A stretch of DNA of 64,000 bases from Macrostomum lignano (Eukaryota): contig NIVC01001349.1 in NCBI GenBank assembly GCA_002269645.1, positions 15,261 to 79,260 on the forward strand. The letters run 5' to 3'. The notes below the pieces were generated by a model. It ran no database searches. It was not told the origin of the DNA and saw only the letters and a program-made list of their open reading frames with translations. The translations under genes were made by a program, and so were the position numbers. Below, piece after piece: positions 16,346 to 30,284 of the stretch (its first letter is position 1; each line of letters begins with the position of its first letter).

Positions 16346-19300
16346 GCCTTGTTGCTGGCCGGGCATAATCTGGGCAGTGCGGATGCAGCTCTGTTTGCCA
16401 TGAGAGGCTGGCAGCCAGGCTCACAAGGCGTTGATTTTGAGCCCCCAGGGCGGACAGATCTCAGATGCTCCACCCTAGTTGCATTTCCCAATTCCATTTT
16501 CTCCCTTTTTACTCGGCTTCCTTTCGTCTCTCCGCCTCTCTACATCCCAGGCCGCTATTTCCCAGCTCAAATCCTGGCAACAAATCCCAGCTTCGCCCCA
16601 AAAAGCCCCCCCCCCCTCATCCGATTGCGTAACGCGAGAAGGCAATCAAAGGGGACGCCCCCGTCGATGCGGTCTTGAGAGGATGCCGCGGAGATGGAGA
16701 AACGAGATGAAGCTCTACTGTAAGGAGGTCAGCTGCTCATTTGGGGCAATCAAAAAGCAATGCTGAATGCATCTTTCCTTGAGCTTTTCTCCACTCTAGA
16801 AGAAGCGAGGGAGGCAACCCGTCTGCTTCTAGCAGACGGAAAGAGGGAAAAGAAAGCAGGTTTTTTCGGTTCTCCAGCGATTTGGTATTTTTCGAATATT
16901 CTCGAACGAGCTATCGACCAGAGACGACTTATTATAAGACTTCAAGCTAATTATATAGGACGGCAAAGTTAAGCAGAGTTGGCCGCGGTTAGTACGCAGA
17001 TGGATAGTGACAGTGAGCAGCTGATCCACTTTGACTTTCCTATATCCTCGGTTGCTGTCCATTGCTAATAAGCCGCTCCGATGGTTCCAAATGAATTCTG
17101 AAGATACGAACAGAAAGAGACAGAAGTATTTTAATCTAAAAGACCCTACCCGGTCATGGAGAGATCTAATTAAAAAACGGGGGAAGAAAGAATCCCTTTT
17201 TTGATTATTATTAATTAATGCGACGCGGTTTGTCCCCGGCTGAGCTGAGCAGAAAAAAAACATCGGGGGGGGGGGGGGGTTAGGATTCGTGCCTTATAAG
17301 AAACCTTAGAAAAAATTTAGCCAAGCAGATGCTCAATAGGGCTTAGAAATATGAATTATTGGCCAATAAGCCGAGATTCATCTCGCCCAATACAGACGGG
17401 GTGGAGAAGTTGATGGATTCAGACCAAGCAGGCAGAATTAGTTCTGAGCTTAGGAAGCTCCGAACTCAAAGCTTTCAGCGAGGCTCAGAAGCAGAACAGG
17501 GGAGTGTGCGTGACTTCTCTGGGACTCCACTTAAACTAGGGAAAAGTGTAGCTCTTAGCTCTCGGTTAAGCCCAATGTCCGTTCGCGCACCTAACTGAAA
17601 TCCGGGCGAGAAGGGAAGGGCAGGGAGAGAGAGGGGGCCACTTGACTAAATGTTTCTAGGGCCTGTTGTGAGACAGCAGTTGAAATTTGCTGACTATGCT
17701 CATAAACTAGCTAAGCTGTCTGACAACTGTTTCAAGCACTTCACATTCACAATGAGACCAAATGTGGCCTAAATTAGTGAATTTTATTTCATATTTCATT
17801 GATTCGATGATTGAAATTTGTCAGGTATTGCATCAATTATCCACTCAGCTCACTTTCGATTTCTATACTAAGCTGAGACTTGGCTTGCTTATCGGAAGCC
17901 CGGCTGGCTCTGCAGCAGCAGCAGCAGCTCTCACTTCAGGCTCAGCCCAAGTCTCTCCATCTGCATTCAGCCTAAGAGGAGGAGAGGCTCGGTCAGTAAA
18001 CGTTTGCGCTCCAAACCAGGTGTATGCAGACGAGCCTCTCTTCTCTCTCTCCGCCTCTTCCGCTTGTCCGGCCCTCTTTGCCCTCTTGTTGGGCAGAGAG
18101 TAATAGTTGATATAGGAGGATAGGGGGTCTGTAAGGGGCAGGGCGAAGCTGCAAAAGGGGGGCGGGGCACGATGGGGGGGTTGGTAGAGAGAGAGAAGCG
18201 TATGATGAAGCTGCAGCCGCTGCTGCTGCTGGTGATGCTGGACCCGGAGACAAAACTGGGCCCGCCTACTCCCCCCCGGTCTCCCCCCCCCCAACTAGAC
18301 AGTCTACCGGGAGTCAGCCGGCCTCCAGACCCTCGCTCTCTCCTCTCTCACTCTTAGCCAGGTGATTGACATGGCTAGATGTCGCCGTATAGTCCCACAG
18401 GCACCCTCCGGGCGTGCCAATCAACTTCTTTTGCTCTCCCTCTTTCTCTCTTCACGAACAGAGTTAAGGGAGCGTAGAGCTTGGCCAATTGAGAGGTTAG
18501 CCTATGCTGCTGCGACCGCTGCCGCTACTTCGGCAGCAGGCATAGCAGAGAAGTTAAAAGAAAAGGAGGGTAGATGGTCCAACTGCACCTCCTATAGGCA
18601 CACGCAAAAGTTTGTCTGTCCCGCGGTGAGATCAGCTGGCAGAGACTCAAAATCGCTACTTAATTTAGGAAATTGAGAGACAGGGAGAAACAGGGAGAAG
18701 AGAGAGAGAGAGAGAGAGTGCAAAATGAGACACCTGATGATGACAGACGGACAGCCCGTGGGTCCCTGCTGTGCGAGCAATGGCTGCTATGATTAATTGT
18801 GGCACTAAACTGACGCAAATGTCTCCAGCTTGATTGCCTGCACCTCATATTTTTACAACGCACGCGCGCAGGCAAAAACGCATTAATCTGCCTGTAAAAT
18901 GTAAATGTAGAAATAGCCCTGGATATGGTTTACAGCCACTGGAAAGACAGATTTTAGCACTGCTGGTTGGGGGGTGAGAGGCAGACATCTGTGACACCCT
19001 GCCACGATCGAAAATTAAGGTAAACAATTGGAAACTGCGAATCTTCATCGGTTTTTTTAACCAGTAAAGAAAAAGCGAAACTTTTCAAAAGAAATTATAT
19101 TTTCCGTCATTTCCTTTTGACAAGTTTTTCTTGTTTCTGTGGAGAAAAAGAGAGACAGACAGAGAAAAGGGAGAAAATTTGCGATGGTGGGGCCAGGGAG
19201 CCCCCCTCCGGGCGACCCCCCCAGGAGAGTCTGACCCCAGCGAGCAACCAGGTTGACCTTATGAAAAACTGCTTTTTGGTCTTGTGGGCCCGAAGGGGAC

Positions 19301-19675
19301 GAACGTCAGTCAATTGAGGCAGGCCCCACTCACCTTTTGGATTCGAGGTGACGGGAGCAGATTGGTAGTATCTTTCCCAGTCTCTCTCTCTTGCCCAATT
19401 GCTTCGGCTGTCCGGTTGGAATTCTCCACTGAACCCCCTCCCCCACCCCCAACCCACCGCCAACCTTTTCTCCTAGCCGAATGTTGCTTGGTCTGTGCCA
19501 CCTGACTGCACTGGGTGGTCCGGCCTACCATACCTACCTCTCTACTAGTGCTTAACTGTTCGAATTTAGCATCAAATTAATCTAGTGTTGCTTGTGAATA
19601 ACTCCTTCATAAGCACGAGTATACGAGTGTAGCCAACAATGAATTAAGATACTAGGAACTCGCAACGGATCTTAC

Positions 19676-20468
19676 CCTGTGTGAGATACAGAGTGTGTAC
19701 ACCCTGTGTGAGATACAGAGTGTGTACACCCTGTGTGAGATACAGAGAGTGTACACCCTGTGTGAGATACAGAGAGTGTACACCCTGTGTGAGATACAGA
19801 GAGTGTACACCCTGTGTGAGATACAGAGAGTGCACAACCTGTGTGAGATACAGAGTGTGTACACCCTGTGTGAGATACAGAGAGTGTACACCCTGTGTGA
19901 GATACAGAGAGTGTACACCCTGTGTGAGATACAGAGAGTGTACACCCTGTGTGAGATACAGAGAGCGTACACCCTGTGTGAGATACAGAGAGTGTACACC
20001 CTGTGTGAGATACAGAGAGCGTACACCCTGTGTGAGATACAGAGATTGTACACCCTGTGTGAGATACAGAGAGCGTACACCCTGTGTGAGATACAGAGAG
20101 TGCACACCCTGTGTGAGATACAGAGAGTGTACACCCTGTGTGAGATACAGAGAGTGTACACCCTGTGTGAGATACAGAGAGTGTACACCCTGTGTGAGAT
20201 ACAGAGAGCGTACACCCTGTGTGAGATACAGAGATTGTACACCCTGTGTGAGATACAGAGAGCGTACACCCTGTGTGAGATACAGAGAGTGCACACCCTG
20301 TGTGAGATACAGAGAGTGTACACCCTGTGTGAGATACAGAGAGTGTACACCCTGTGTGAGATACAGAGATTGTACACCCTGTGTGAGATACAGAGAGTGT
20401 ACACCCTGTGTGAGATACAGAGAGTGTACACCCTGTGTGAGATACAGAGAGTGTACACCCTGTGTGAG
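19676..20468 (+). repeat. 27-bp minisatellite (GTGTACACCCTGTGTGAGATACAGAGA)
   Basis: About 29 copies; the unit has no stop codon in several frames. Confidence 0.97.
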
Positions 20469-20929
20469 CTTTGTCTTGTCGCTGGCTGCCGGCCAACTTT
20501 TGGCATCCCTGATTTTCGGCAGCGCCTCAACGACACCTGCAGACGATCTATCAGTGCGCCTCTTCACTTCGCTTCAAGACTTGATAGATCATGCCTAACC
20601 CTCATGCCAAATTATGTAGAATTTCTCCCGAGAGATTTGCATATCTATATTTTTCCAAAATTATCAACTGGCACAAGCTGTAGGCTGTGGATTCGCTGTC
20701 AGACTTGTCCGGACAGTCAGAAATATATTCTATCGCTAAGAGATGCAACAGAGAAAATCCGTATTGTTTATCTAGCGATCTTCCAGGGCGGCCTCTCCAC
20801 GGCAGAAAGGAATTGGCTGGATGCGGTAAAACCATTGCGAATATGACGGAGAGGCAGGGTGCAGGGCTGGTGTGTTTGTACTGCCAAGTACGGTGGAGTA
20901 CTAAGAGTGTTTGAGACTGGAGTGAAGCC

Positions 20930-21865
20930 GCAAACCCTACCCTCCTGGTCCTTCAAACCCTACCCTACTGGGTCCTTCAAACCCTACCCTACTGGGTCCT
21001 TCAAACCCTACCCTACTGGGTCCTTCAAACCCTACCCTACTGGGTCCTTCAAACCCTACCCTACTGGGTCTTCAAACCCTAACCTACTGGGTCCTTCAAA
21101 CCCTACCCTATTGGGTCCTTCAAACCCTACCCTACTGGGTCCTTCAAACCCTACCCTACTGGATCCTTCAAACCCTACCCTACTGGGTCCTTCAAACCCT
21201 ACCCTACTGGGTCCTTCAAACCCTACCCTACTGGGTCCTTCAAACCCTACCCTACTGGGTCCTTCAAACCCTACCCTACTGGGTCCTTCAAACCCTACCC
21301 TACTGGGTCCTTCAAACCCTACCCTACTGGGTCCTTCAAACCCTACCCTACTGAGTCCTTCAAACCCTACCCTATTGGGTCCTTCAAACCCTACCCTACT
21401 GGGTCCTTCAAACCCTACCCTCCTGGGTCTTCAAACCCTACCCTACTGGGTCCTTCAAACCCTACCCTACTGGGTCCTTCAAACCCTAACCTACTGGATC
21501 CTTCAAACCCTACCCTACTGGATCCTTCAAACCCTACCCTACTGGGTCCTTCAAACCCTACCCTACTGGGTCCTTCAAACCCTACCCTACTGAGTCCTTC
21601 AAACCCTACCCTATTGGGTCCTTCAAACCCTACCCTATTGGGTCCTTCAAACCCTACCCTATTGGGTCCTTCAAACCCTACCCTATTGGGTCCTTCAAAC
21701 CCTACCCTACTGGGTCCTTCAAACCCTACCCTATTGGGTCCTTCAAACCCTACCCTACTGGATCCTTCAAACCCTACCCTACTGGGTCCTTCAAACCCTA
21801 CCCTACTGGGTCCTTCAAACCCTAACCTACTGGATCCTTCAAACCCTACCCTACTGGGTCCTTCA
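20930..21865 (+). repeat. 24-bp minisatellite (GGTCCTTCAAACCCTACCCTACTG)
   Basis: About 38 copies. Confidence 0.97.
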
Positions 21866-23539
21866 TGGGGGCCGATGCCCTACCTCACGATCTGACCTTA
21901 CTTCTGGAAATACTTGGCCTCTACACAAAATGCATTAGGGAAGTGTTAGATATTGAATTATGGGATATTCTCCCCTCCCACTCTCTCTCTCTCTCCCACT
22001 TTCGGGGCATCGGAATGCGGAATCAATGACACCAAGCAGACTATGAGAGTTTAGTTTATACAGCAACTGACTTCACAGCGGCGATTTAGATGAAGAGAGA
22101 GGGAGAGGGAGGGAGATAGGTCTACATTAGAGACTGGGAGGTGAAGAGGCTGGAGGCTATGCATAATGCTTATATACAGAGCCTGCATATACAGGGTGAG
22201 GGAGGCCTGTGGAAATTTTGGAAATTATTTTGCTCTATAGAGAAGGGCAGCCGAGGTCAATTTACAGATTTAATTAAACTTGAGGGCGGGGCCGCCGCTG
22301 CAGCAGTCGCCGCTCTCTGTTGAAATGCTAGAGCGAATGATTTCTAGAAGAGTCAATTGCATGCTAGGAATTTTCTAGCGACAGCTATATATGGTTATGC
22401 AATTATATGGTTATTACGCAATATCTGTACAACCGGAAGTGCTGCATCCCCAAGGCCGGAAGCGAGCACTCGAGGCAAAAGAATGTTTCTAACCATAGCT
22501 ACTATCATAGTGTGTTTTTGTTGTTTTTAATTTACAAATTCGCACCTGCCGAGGGAGCCGTCTCAAGAAAATGGAAGCCCCTTTTTTACGTCTCCAGCCT
22601 GGCTCTCTTCTGTTACGTAATTCCCAGAATCGAGCGACTGTTTTTTCCGAATCGAAGTGTGCTTCCTTCTGCAGCACATATTTTCCAGGTCTCTATTAAC
22701 AACTCAGCTTATAAAAGGGCCAGCCCCCCAAGACACACAGAGTGTACATGCATCGAAGTCGCAAATCCACTTAACAATCTGGCATTGCAAACCCACATTG
22801 AAGAAGCCAGTTCTACCATAAACAATCGTCTCTATCCTCTTCAAAAGTCCCGCTTTCTTGGCAAAGTTTAAAAGTCGATTTAAAACTTTCTAGACAAGCC
22901 CGAGGCCCTGAAATCCAATATCCGTTTCTGGGAGTCCAACTACCACTTATCCCCATACATTTTTCTCCCCAACACGCTTGGCTAGAAGCTCTGGAAATCT
23001 GAGAAATCCCCCAGATTTCAGCAGCCACTTCCTGCCCCAGTTCTTGCAACACGAGCCTACAATCAACTTAAATTCAAAATGCGAGTGCCGCAGAAGTGGA
23101 TTTGACTGATTTTTGCGCCCCCCACTTTTTCACTACTACACTTGGAAATGGCAAGCAGGGGAGCAAAGTGGATTGAAGACAGTTGCAGACAAGCGCCCTG
23201 ATTTTAGTGGGAGCGAAGAGAATGCAGTAAAGTCTGCCACTCTTACAAGAGAGGGTTGGGGAGAAACTCAATGGTTCTGGGAATTTTGAAATACCAGGAG
23301 ACAAGCTGTCAAGAAAACAGACGATGGGAGATAGTCACCTGCGTCCGTCATCATGCTGATGGGGCTTCATTTTTGCGTGCAGAGCGTACTCGTATATGGC
23401 CTATTGTGATGGCCATTGTGATGCTGAATAATGGCGCTATTGACTTTAGTTTGGCGCCAAAACCTATAATGCCCATCTAGTGCTGAAAACTTCGAGAATT
23501 TAAGGTGAGATACTTAAGTTGGGCGTTATATATTTTAAA

Positions 23540-23720
23540 ATTAGGCACCGTATGGTAGAATTAGGCGCCCGAGCATAGAATTAGGCATCAGATCATAGAA
23601 TTAGGCGTCAGATCATAGGATTAGGCGCTAGATTATTGAATTAGGCGCCAGATCATTAAATTAGGCGCCAGATCATTAAATTAGGCTCTAGATGTTAAAA
23701 TTAGGCGCCAGATGATAGGA
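23540..23720 (+). repeat. Degenerate ~20-bp repeat (AATTAGGCGCCAGATCATAG)
   Basis: About 8 diverged copies. Confidence 0.8.
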
Positions 23721-24299
23721 CTAGAAGCAAAATTCTTGAACTGAACCATAGTCTTGGTCCCCGGTACCAGTGCACCCAGCCCACCTTAATTAAACCTGAC
23801 TGTCTCTGACAATATCGAGAGAGAGGGAGAGAGAGAGAGAGAGACTTCATAATCCAGCGTTATGAACTCGGGACTCGAGGCCCCGGCTAATAGGGATCTG
23901 GACTCGGGTTCGCGCGGCCAGGGGATCAGGCGCCGAGATTGGATGACGCCGCTGGGGAATCCGGAGGAGCCCAGCAGACTTTTATGCTGAGTGTTCGGCT
24001 CTCCGATTTTAGCGAGATTTAATGGGATAAAAGATTCGAAGGCCTAGACTTGGTAAAAGATTTATTTGAGACGCGATAAGATGACTGGGATAAAATCTGA
24101 TTAGACTAGATATGATGCGGCATCAGATGAGACAGACTGCGACAAAATTGGACCGAGACAGATATAACAAAACCCAAAAATTGTTTTCTAAATTAGATAC
24201 CATGGGAATAGATGCCATGTGATTGGATCTGATTAGATTTTTGGCGAGAAACATTTTTATTAGAACCTGTGAAATTAGGTGTTATGAGATTAGATAACA

Positions 24300-24935
24300 T
24301 GAGAATAGAATCCGCGAGATTAGACTCCATAAGATTAGATTCCGTGAGATTAGATCCTATGAGACTATATCCTATGATATTAGATGCCGTGAGGATTCGA
24401 TCTCATGAGATTAGATACCATGATATTTATTAGATCCCATGAGATTGGATCCCGTGAGATCAGATTCGATCAGATCTAATACAACTAGACTAGACAGCTA
24501 GATAGAATCCCGTCGGACAGTAATTAGATCCCGTGAGATTAGATTCCACGAGATTAGATAACTTAAGATAAGATCCCGTGAGATTAGATTTAATCAGATC
24601 TAATACAACTAGACTAGACAGCTAGATAGAATCCCGTCGGACAGTAATTAGATCCCGTGAGATTAGATTCCACGAGATTAGATAACTTAAGATAAGATCC
24701 CGTGAAATTAGATTTAATCAGATCTAATACAACTAGACTAGACAGCTAGATAGAATCCCGTCGGACAGTAAGTAGATCCCGTGAGATTAGATACCATGAG
24801 ATTAGACCCCGTGAGATTGGATCCCATGAGAGTAGATCCCATGAGATTAGATGCCATAAGATTACATCCCGTGAGATTAGATTCGATCAGATCTAATACA
24901 ACTAGACTAGACACAGCTAGATAGGATCCCGTCAG
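24300..24935 (+). repeat. Degenerate GAGATTAGATCCCGT repeats with a 124-bp higher-order unit
   Basis: cagatctaatacaactagac recurs at 24471, 24595, 24719 and 24888. Confidence 0.85.
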
Positions 24936-25269
24936 AGAATAAGCATGGAACGAATCTCTATCCCGCTCCAACTGACATCCAACAGACGGAGACGAATACT
25001 ATTTCAGACTGAGACTGGCAGGCAATTAAATTTGCATGAATGCAAGGAGCGAGAGTCTCCCGTATGCCACACGGCCTTCAACAGCAATTCTGACTAGCTT
25101 CGGGACGTGACAAGATTTCCCAAGAAATTTTAAAGATAGAGGAACATGACCGCTTGCCGGCAGTCCTTATCAAAGAAGGCAAAATAGACAGGATAAAATT
25201 AGGACGGTTCAAAGATCCCAGACGGAATAGAATCGAATTGAGAAGCTTTTGAGCTCGCTAGAAATCTCT

Positions 25270-25311
<42 letters not shown>

Positions 25312-25895
25312 GGCCTTCGCACTTCCTGTATTATTTATTCGGGTTGGGAGAAAATGGAGCAGCAGGCACAGCAGCCGCAACAGTCCCAAGAGTGAGGGGC
25401 GGCCATAGGCTTAGTAGAATTTCCAATCGTCCCTCTTTGACTGTGTTGCTTCCGCGCTTAGAAAAGAAGATTTCTTAGAAAATTAGACAGCGAATAATAG
25501 GAAAGGCTTGAAGGCTTGTCGTGCGTGTCCGGGGGAGGGGGTCTTTTCTAGCGCAGGAAGTTTCGCCTGATTGCGTAACGGCTGGCTGGGAGATCACTGA
25601 CACTGGAGGAAGGGCTCGGGGTTCGGAAGCGACGACTTGACGACGTGGTGACCGAACACTCGATACTTCGGTTGCTTGGCGCGACCGACTGCGTTTTATC
25701 TTGCCGCTTGACCGGCTCCCGCAGCCTCCAGTTCTCCGCCATCAAATTGTGGCATCCCTTCGACTGACAGCTGCCACGTGCTCCCGGCAGGGGGCGACGG
25801 AGACTGGGAGGGGGGGGGCGAGGGATCAGAACGGTTTTGGCCGTGCTGTGGGGAAGCTGGGCGGGTCTGTTCATCATCTCTAAATAGGCCTGTCA

Positions 25896-26835
25896 GGGGC
25901 GCCACTTTAAGCTTGTCGGGGGCGCCACTTTAAGCTTGTCGGGAGCGTCACTTTAAGCTTGTCGGAGGCGCCAGTGTAAGCTTGTCGGGAGCGTCACTTT
26001 AAGCTTGTCGGGAGCACCACTTTAAGCTTGTCGGGGGCCAGTTTAAGCTTGTCGGGGGCGTCACTTTAAGCTTGTCGGGGTCGCCAGTTTAAGCTTGTCG
26101 GGGGCGTCACTTTAAGCTTGTCGGGGTCGCCACTTTAAGCTTGTCGGGAGCGTCACTTTAAGCTTGTCGGGAGCACCACTTTAAGCTTGTCGGGAGCGTC
26201 ACTTTAAGCTTGTCGGGAGCACCACTTTAAGCTTCTCGGGAGCGTCACTTTAAGCTTGTCGGGAGCACCACTTTAAGCTTGTCGGGGGCCAGTTTAAGCT
26301 TGTCGGGGGCGTCACTTTAAGCTTGTCGGGGTCGCCACTTTAAGCTTGTCGGGGGCGCCAGCTTTAGGTGTAAGCTTGTCGGGGGCGCCAGTTTAAGGCT
26401 TGTCGGGAGCGCTAGTCTGAGCTTGTTGGGGGCGCCACTTTAGGCTTTCTGGGGGCTCCACTTAAGGCTTGTCGGGGGCGCCACTTAAAGCTTCTCGGGG
26501 GCGTCACTTTAAGCTTGTCGGGGGCGCCAGCTTTAGGTGTAAGCTTGTCGGGGGCGCCAGCTTTAGGTGTAAGCTTGTCGGGGGCGCCACTTAAAGCTTG
26601 TCAGGGGGGCGCCAGTTTAAACTTGTCGGGGGCGCCACTTTAAGCTTGTCGGGGGCGCCACTTTAAGCTTGTCGGGGGCGCCAGCTTTAGGTGTAAGCTT
26701 GTCGGGGGCGCCACTTAAAGCTTGTCAGGGGGGCGCCACTTTAAGCTTGTCGGGGGCGCCAGCTTTAGGTGTAAGCTTGTCGGGGGCGCCACTTAAAGCT
26801 TGTCAGGGGGGCGCCAGTTTAAGCTTGCCGGGGGG
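25896..26835 (+). repeat. ~23-bp minisatellite (CACTTTAAGCTTGTCGGGGGCGC)
   Basis: About 38 variable copies, each with AAGCTT. Confidence 0.95.
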
Positions 26836-28310
26836 GGGACGCCACTTGTTTTGGAAGGTGCTACTATTTGTCAAATGCATTTTTATTTCAGCTTGTCCAG
26901 CAGCACGGCTGCATGCATGCCATAAAAATCCAGCAAATCTTCTTCTTAGTTATCTACCTCGCTGTGTATCTGGGAAAAAATCAAATTCAAATTCAGCAGC
27001 GCTTTATTATAAACACGAAATCTTGTCACGGTTTCCAGACTTTAAGAGGGTCTCCTCCGTCTCTCTCTCTCTACCTGCTGCTGCAGCTGAATACACATCG
27101 CTAACCTGGCCTGGATTTGAGGACTGCACAGTTCAGATTCACTCTTGATGAATAAATATCAACTACCTCTGCATGACATATGAGGGCTTCTCCTTCTCCA
27201 TCTGCTGGAGCTGCTGCTGCTACTAGAAGGATGAAGCACCGCCCATCTGTTATCTTGTGCATCTGTTATTTCATCGCTTCATCAATTCCCAATCCTCATC
27301 ATAGTGTCGGTTTGAGCACGCATATAGGATCTAGTTAGTTGTTAGTCGAGAGCTAGGATTTGAGTTTTTTCCTAGCACTCGATTATTACTTACACTATGC
27401 TTAATATCGGTGCGTGCTTAACCACCAGCCTATTTAATTGGTTCAATTAAACGCCTGTAAGAAGAGCTCAGCTTGATCTCATATCAATAATGTGTTACCT
27501 CAGTGTGTTGTCAGGTTTTCTCGCTTATCCAAAGCACGTACAGACGGACTGACAAGAGATAAGTTGCTCAGCGATGGCAGCAGGGGATGCAGGGGGATGG
27601 GACTCCAGCTCCCCTTGAATCCTTCTGCCCGGCTCATCCCTACAAAGCACTACTAGTTACCCTGCCCTGCACCTGTGTCTCCGCACCGGCCGCAGCGCCA
27701 GACTGCCTGTCTCCAATAGTCAACTCACTGCAGCCAGCGCAGACATGCCGCCACCGCCGCCGCAGTCTCCACCGCTCTGCCGCTTCGCTATCGCAGAAAA
27801 TCGTCAATAAAATGTAAAAAAAAATGCTGACTGGTAGGTAGAGGGGACGTCGCGCCATGGTCACGCCGACAGACCACGGCGGCGGCGGCGGTGGCGGCGC
27901 GGCGGCGGCGACAGTCGCGGCAGACAGACAGGTGGCGCGCAGAGGGACGGATCGAGCGGGATAGGAGATGTGGAGCTTACAGGCTCACGGGATCTTGCGA
28001 TATTGTCATCCTCAATCCCCCTCCCCAGCTGCAGGGCATTAGCAGATAAAAAAATCTCAGAAATCAATCGGGCCGCTAATACGCGTCATCATCACCATGG
28101 CAACCGGCTGCAACAGACGGAGCATATGCGTCCCGTGGCGATCCACCCCAATTTCTAAGCAGCAAAACGGCCATCCAATTAATTAAATAATTGAAGGCTT
28201 TTGATGAGCGCTGGGGACCCTCAAAATGGCAATCACAGTAATGGAAGGTGTCACATCATTTGCCGCCTCGAGATTCGAGTGAAATCTCTTCTTATTGTCA
28301 TTATTCGGTA

Positions 28311-28620
28311 TTTTTTATTAGAGGCAGGGGCTGTGAGCAACCCTGGCGCACTTTAAGCGACATTGTCACACAACCGGCGAGAGGCATTACTGCCCATGCC
28401 GCTACTCCTCTGAGCAGGCACACAAGCGCGCGGATACGTACGCAGTCATACCATTAGGCATGTACACTTCACTGTGCCTTGGGGTTTGAACCTTAATTGC
28501 ACGAGCAGAGCCAAGCCGAGATTCCAATTTAGCCCCAAATTAATGCGACTGCACTTGGAATCGAGCCTGGGCCGCTGGCACATCAGAGCGCCGCGATGGA
28601 CCACTGGGCTACGGCCTTCC
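28311..28620 (-). mobile_element. SINE family A, copy 2
   Basis: Reverse-complement homolog of copy 1; B-box GGTTCAAACCC; tail ...cctctaataaaaaa. Confidence 0.8.
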
Positions 28621-28962
28621 TTATTAAACTCTAAGATCAAAAATCATCAAAGCTTAAAATTGAAGCCAAATATTCAGGCACTAAATAATAGCTTAAAACG
28701 TAGATTAACTTCTAGAAAATATAGTTGCTATGGCAACTAAGCGCAGCGTGAAGACGCGTGGAAATTCAAAATAGTTTCAAAGATTATTTTTATCTGGATC
28801 TAATTATGCGATTAAATAAAGGGAAACCCAATCAAACTCCCATGCCTGCCTTTGTCTAATTCTAATCTGCTTCTAGTTGAAAAAAACAGAACAAAGCAGG
28901 TAAAGTGGCTCGCTTGATGAAGAGTAGATAAATAAAGGTAAATATCAACATGAAGTATTATT

Positions 28963-29013
28963 TGAGTTGCCGATGCATTTCGTCCATTTGCATTAGGACA
29001 TCGTCAGGGTCTT
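28963..29013 (-). ncRNA. Second hammerhead copy (inverted arm), sense to the host pre-mRNA
   Basis: Exact reverse complement of 30285-30335. Confidence 0.75.
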
Positions 29014-29061
29014 TTTATTGAGAAACAATTTGAACGAATATTCAGTATATATAGATAGTTG

Positions 29062-29370
29062 TGTAGAAAAAATACTAACTAAACTAAAAACTATTTAATT
29101 GGAGTTAAATTGAAGGAGCAGTAAGTGGGCGCAGGGCCCAAACCGATATATTTATAGAACATTTAACTTTGGGGGGTTGAGCCTAGAATAATAAAGAGAG
29201 GGGGTGGAGTGCGCGACTGAAGAGAGAGGCGAGAATGGAGAGCCAATCAGAAGGCAGCAAGGGAGAGAGAGATAAGAATAACAAGATTGAGCTGGACAGA
29301 GAAGAGAGAAAACAGAGTAAACAGAGACAAGTGAAGGTGAACTAAAGAAATGACTAGGAAAGTCGCGACA
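29062..29370 (-). mobile_element. Solo LTR (309 bp)
   Basis: TGT...ACA termini; 5-bp TSD AGTTG (29057-29061 and 29371-29375); TATAAATA and ATTAAA on the minus strand; absent from the other PLE arm. Confidence 0.8.
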
Positions 29371-29683
29371 AGTTGAGAGTAACAAGAGTAGTTGAATTGA
29401 GTTTTTAATTGATGGTTTAAAACTTGTACATAGTAATCAATTTTTGATACAGTATTGGTTGGGTAAAGTGCATATCAGTTTCAAGCCAGTCCGGTCATTG
29501 ACAAATCAGCTAAAAAATTCTGAGTTGACGGCTAGCCCCACCCATCGCAAGTTGGTTATTTAACGTGGGCTGTTTGGTCTTAATGTACAGGGCTTCTAAT
29601 AGGCAGAGCATGTGATCTCTATTACAAAAATCAATAGCCTTTATCATTTCGTGTGGTTCAGCCTCACAACAAGAATTGCAGGT

Positions 29684-30102
29684 CCGTAAAGCTGCTCCGT
29701 AAAGACTTAAACACTCAAATCCGTGTTGTGTTTCGCACCGAAAAGATTGCTAAGTTTGTCTGCAAGTTGAAATCCAGTGTTCCACGTCCTCTCGCGGCTG
29801 GTGTCGTGTATAAATTTGTTTGCTCTGAGGACCAGAGCATCTCCTACATAGGAAAAACTAAACGACACTTATACACGAGGGTCAGAGAGCACTGGCTAAA
29901 AAACTCTGCTATTAACGAACACCTGCTTACCTGCAATTCTTGTTGTGAGGCTGAACCACACGAAATGATAAAGGCTATTGATTTTTGTAATAGAGATCAC
30001 ATGCTCTGCCTATTAGAAGCCCTGTACATTAAGACCAAACAGCCCACGTTAAATAACCAACTTGCGATGGGTGGGGCTAGCCGTCAACTCAGAATTTTTT
30101 AG
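29684..30102 (+). pseudogene. Penelope-type GIY-YIG endonuclease C-terminal fragment (no RT left)
   Basis: ORF 29653-30102 in the track; its first 31 nt belong to the inverted arm. Confidence 0.9.
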
Positions 30103-30284
30103 CTGATTTGTCAATGACCGGACTGGCTTGAAACTGATATGCACTTTACCCAACCAATACTGTATCAAAAATTGATTACTATGTACAAGTTTTAAACCAT
30201 CAATTAAAAACTCAATTCAACTACTCTTGTTACTCTCAACTATCTATATATACTGAATATTCGTTCAAATTGTTTCTCAATAAA

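Noticed and set aside
20930-21865. AAACCCTA (plant telomere/telo-box-like) in each 24-bp unit
   Set aside because: A single 8-mer within a longer unit; not a telomeric array.
30110-30180. Possible SECIS (ATGAC..AAA) in the PLE 3' UTR, given selenocysteine-using Naiad PLEs
   Set aside because: The stem is poor, the 3' GA of the kink-turn is missing, and the ORF remnant has no in-frame TGA.
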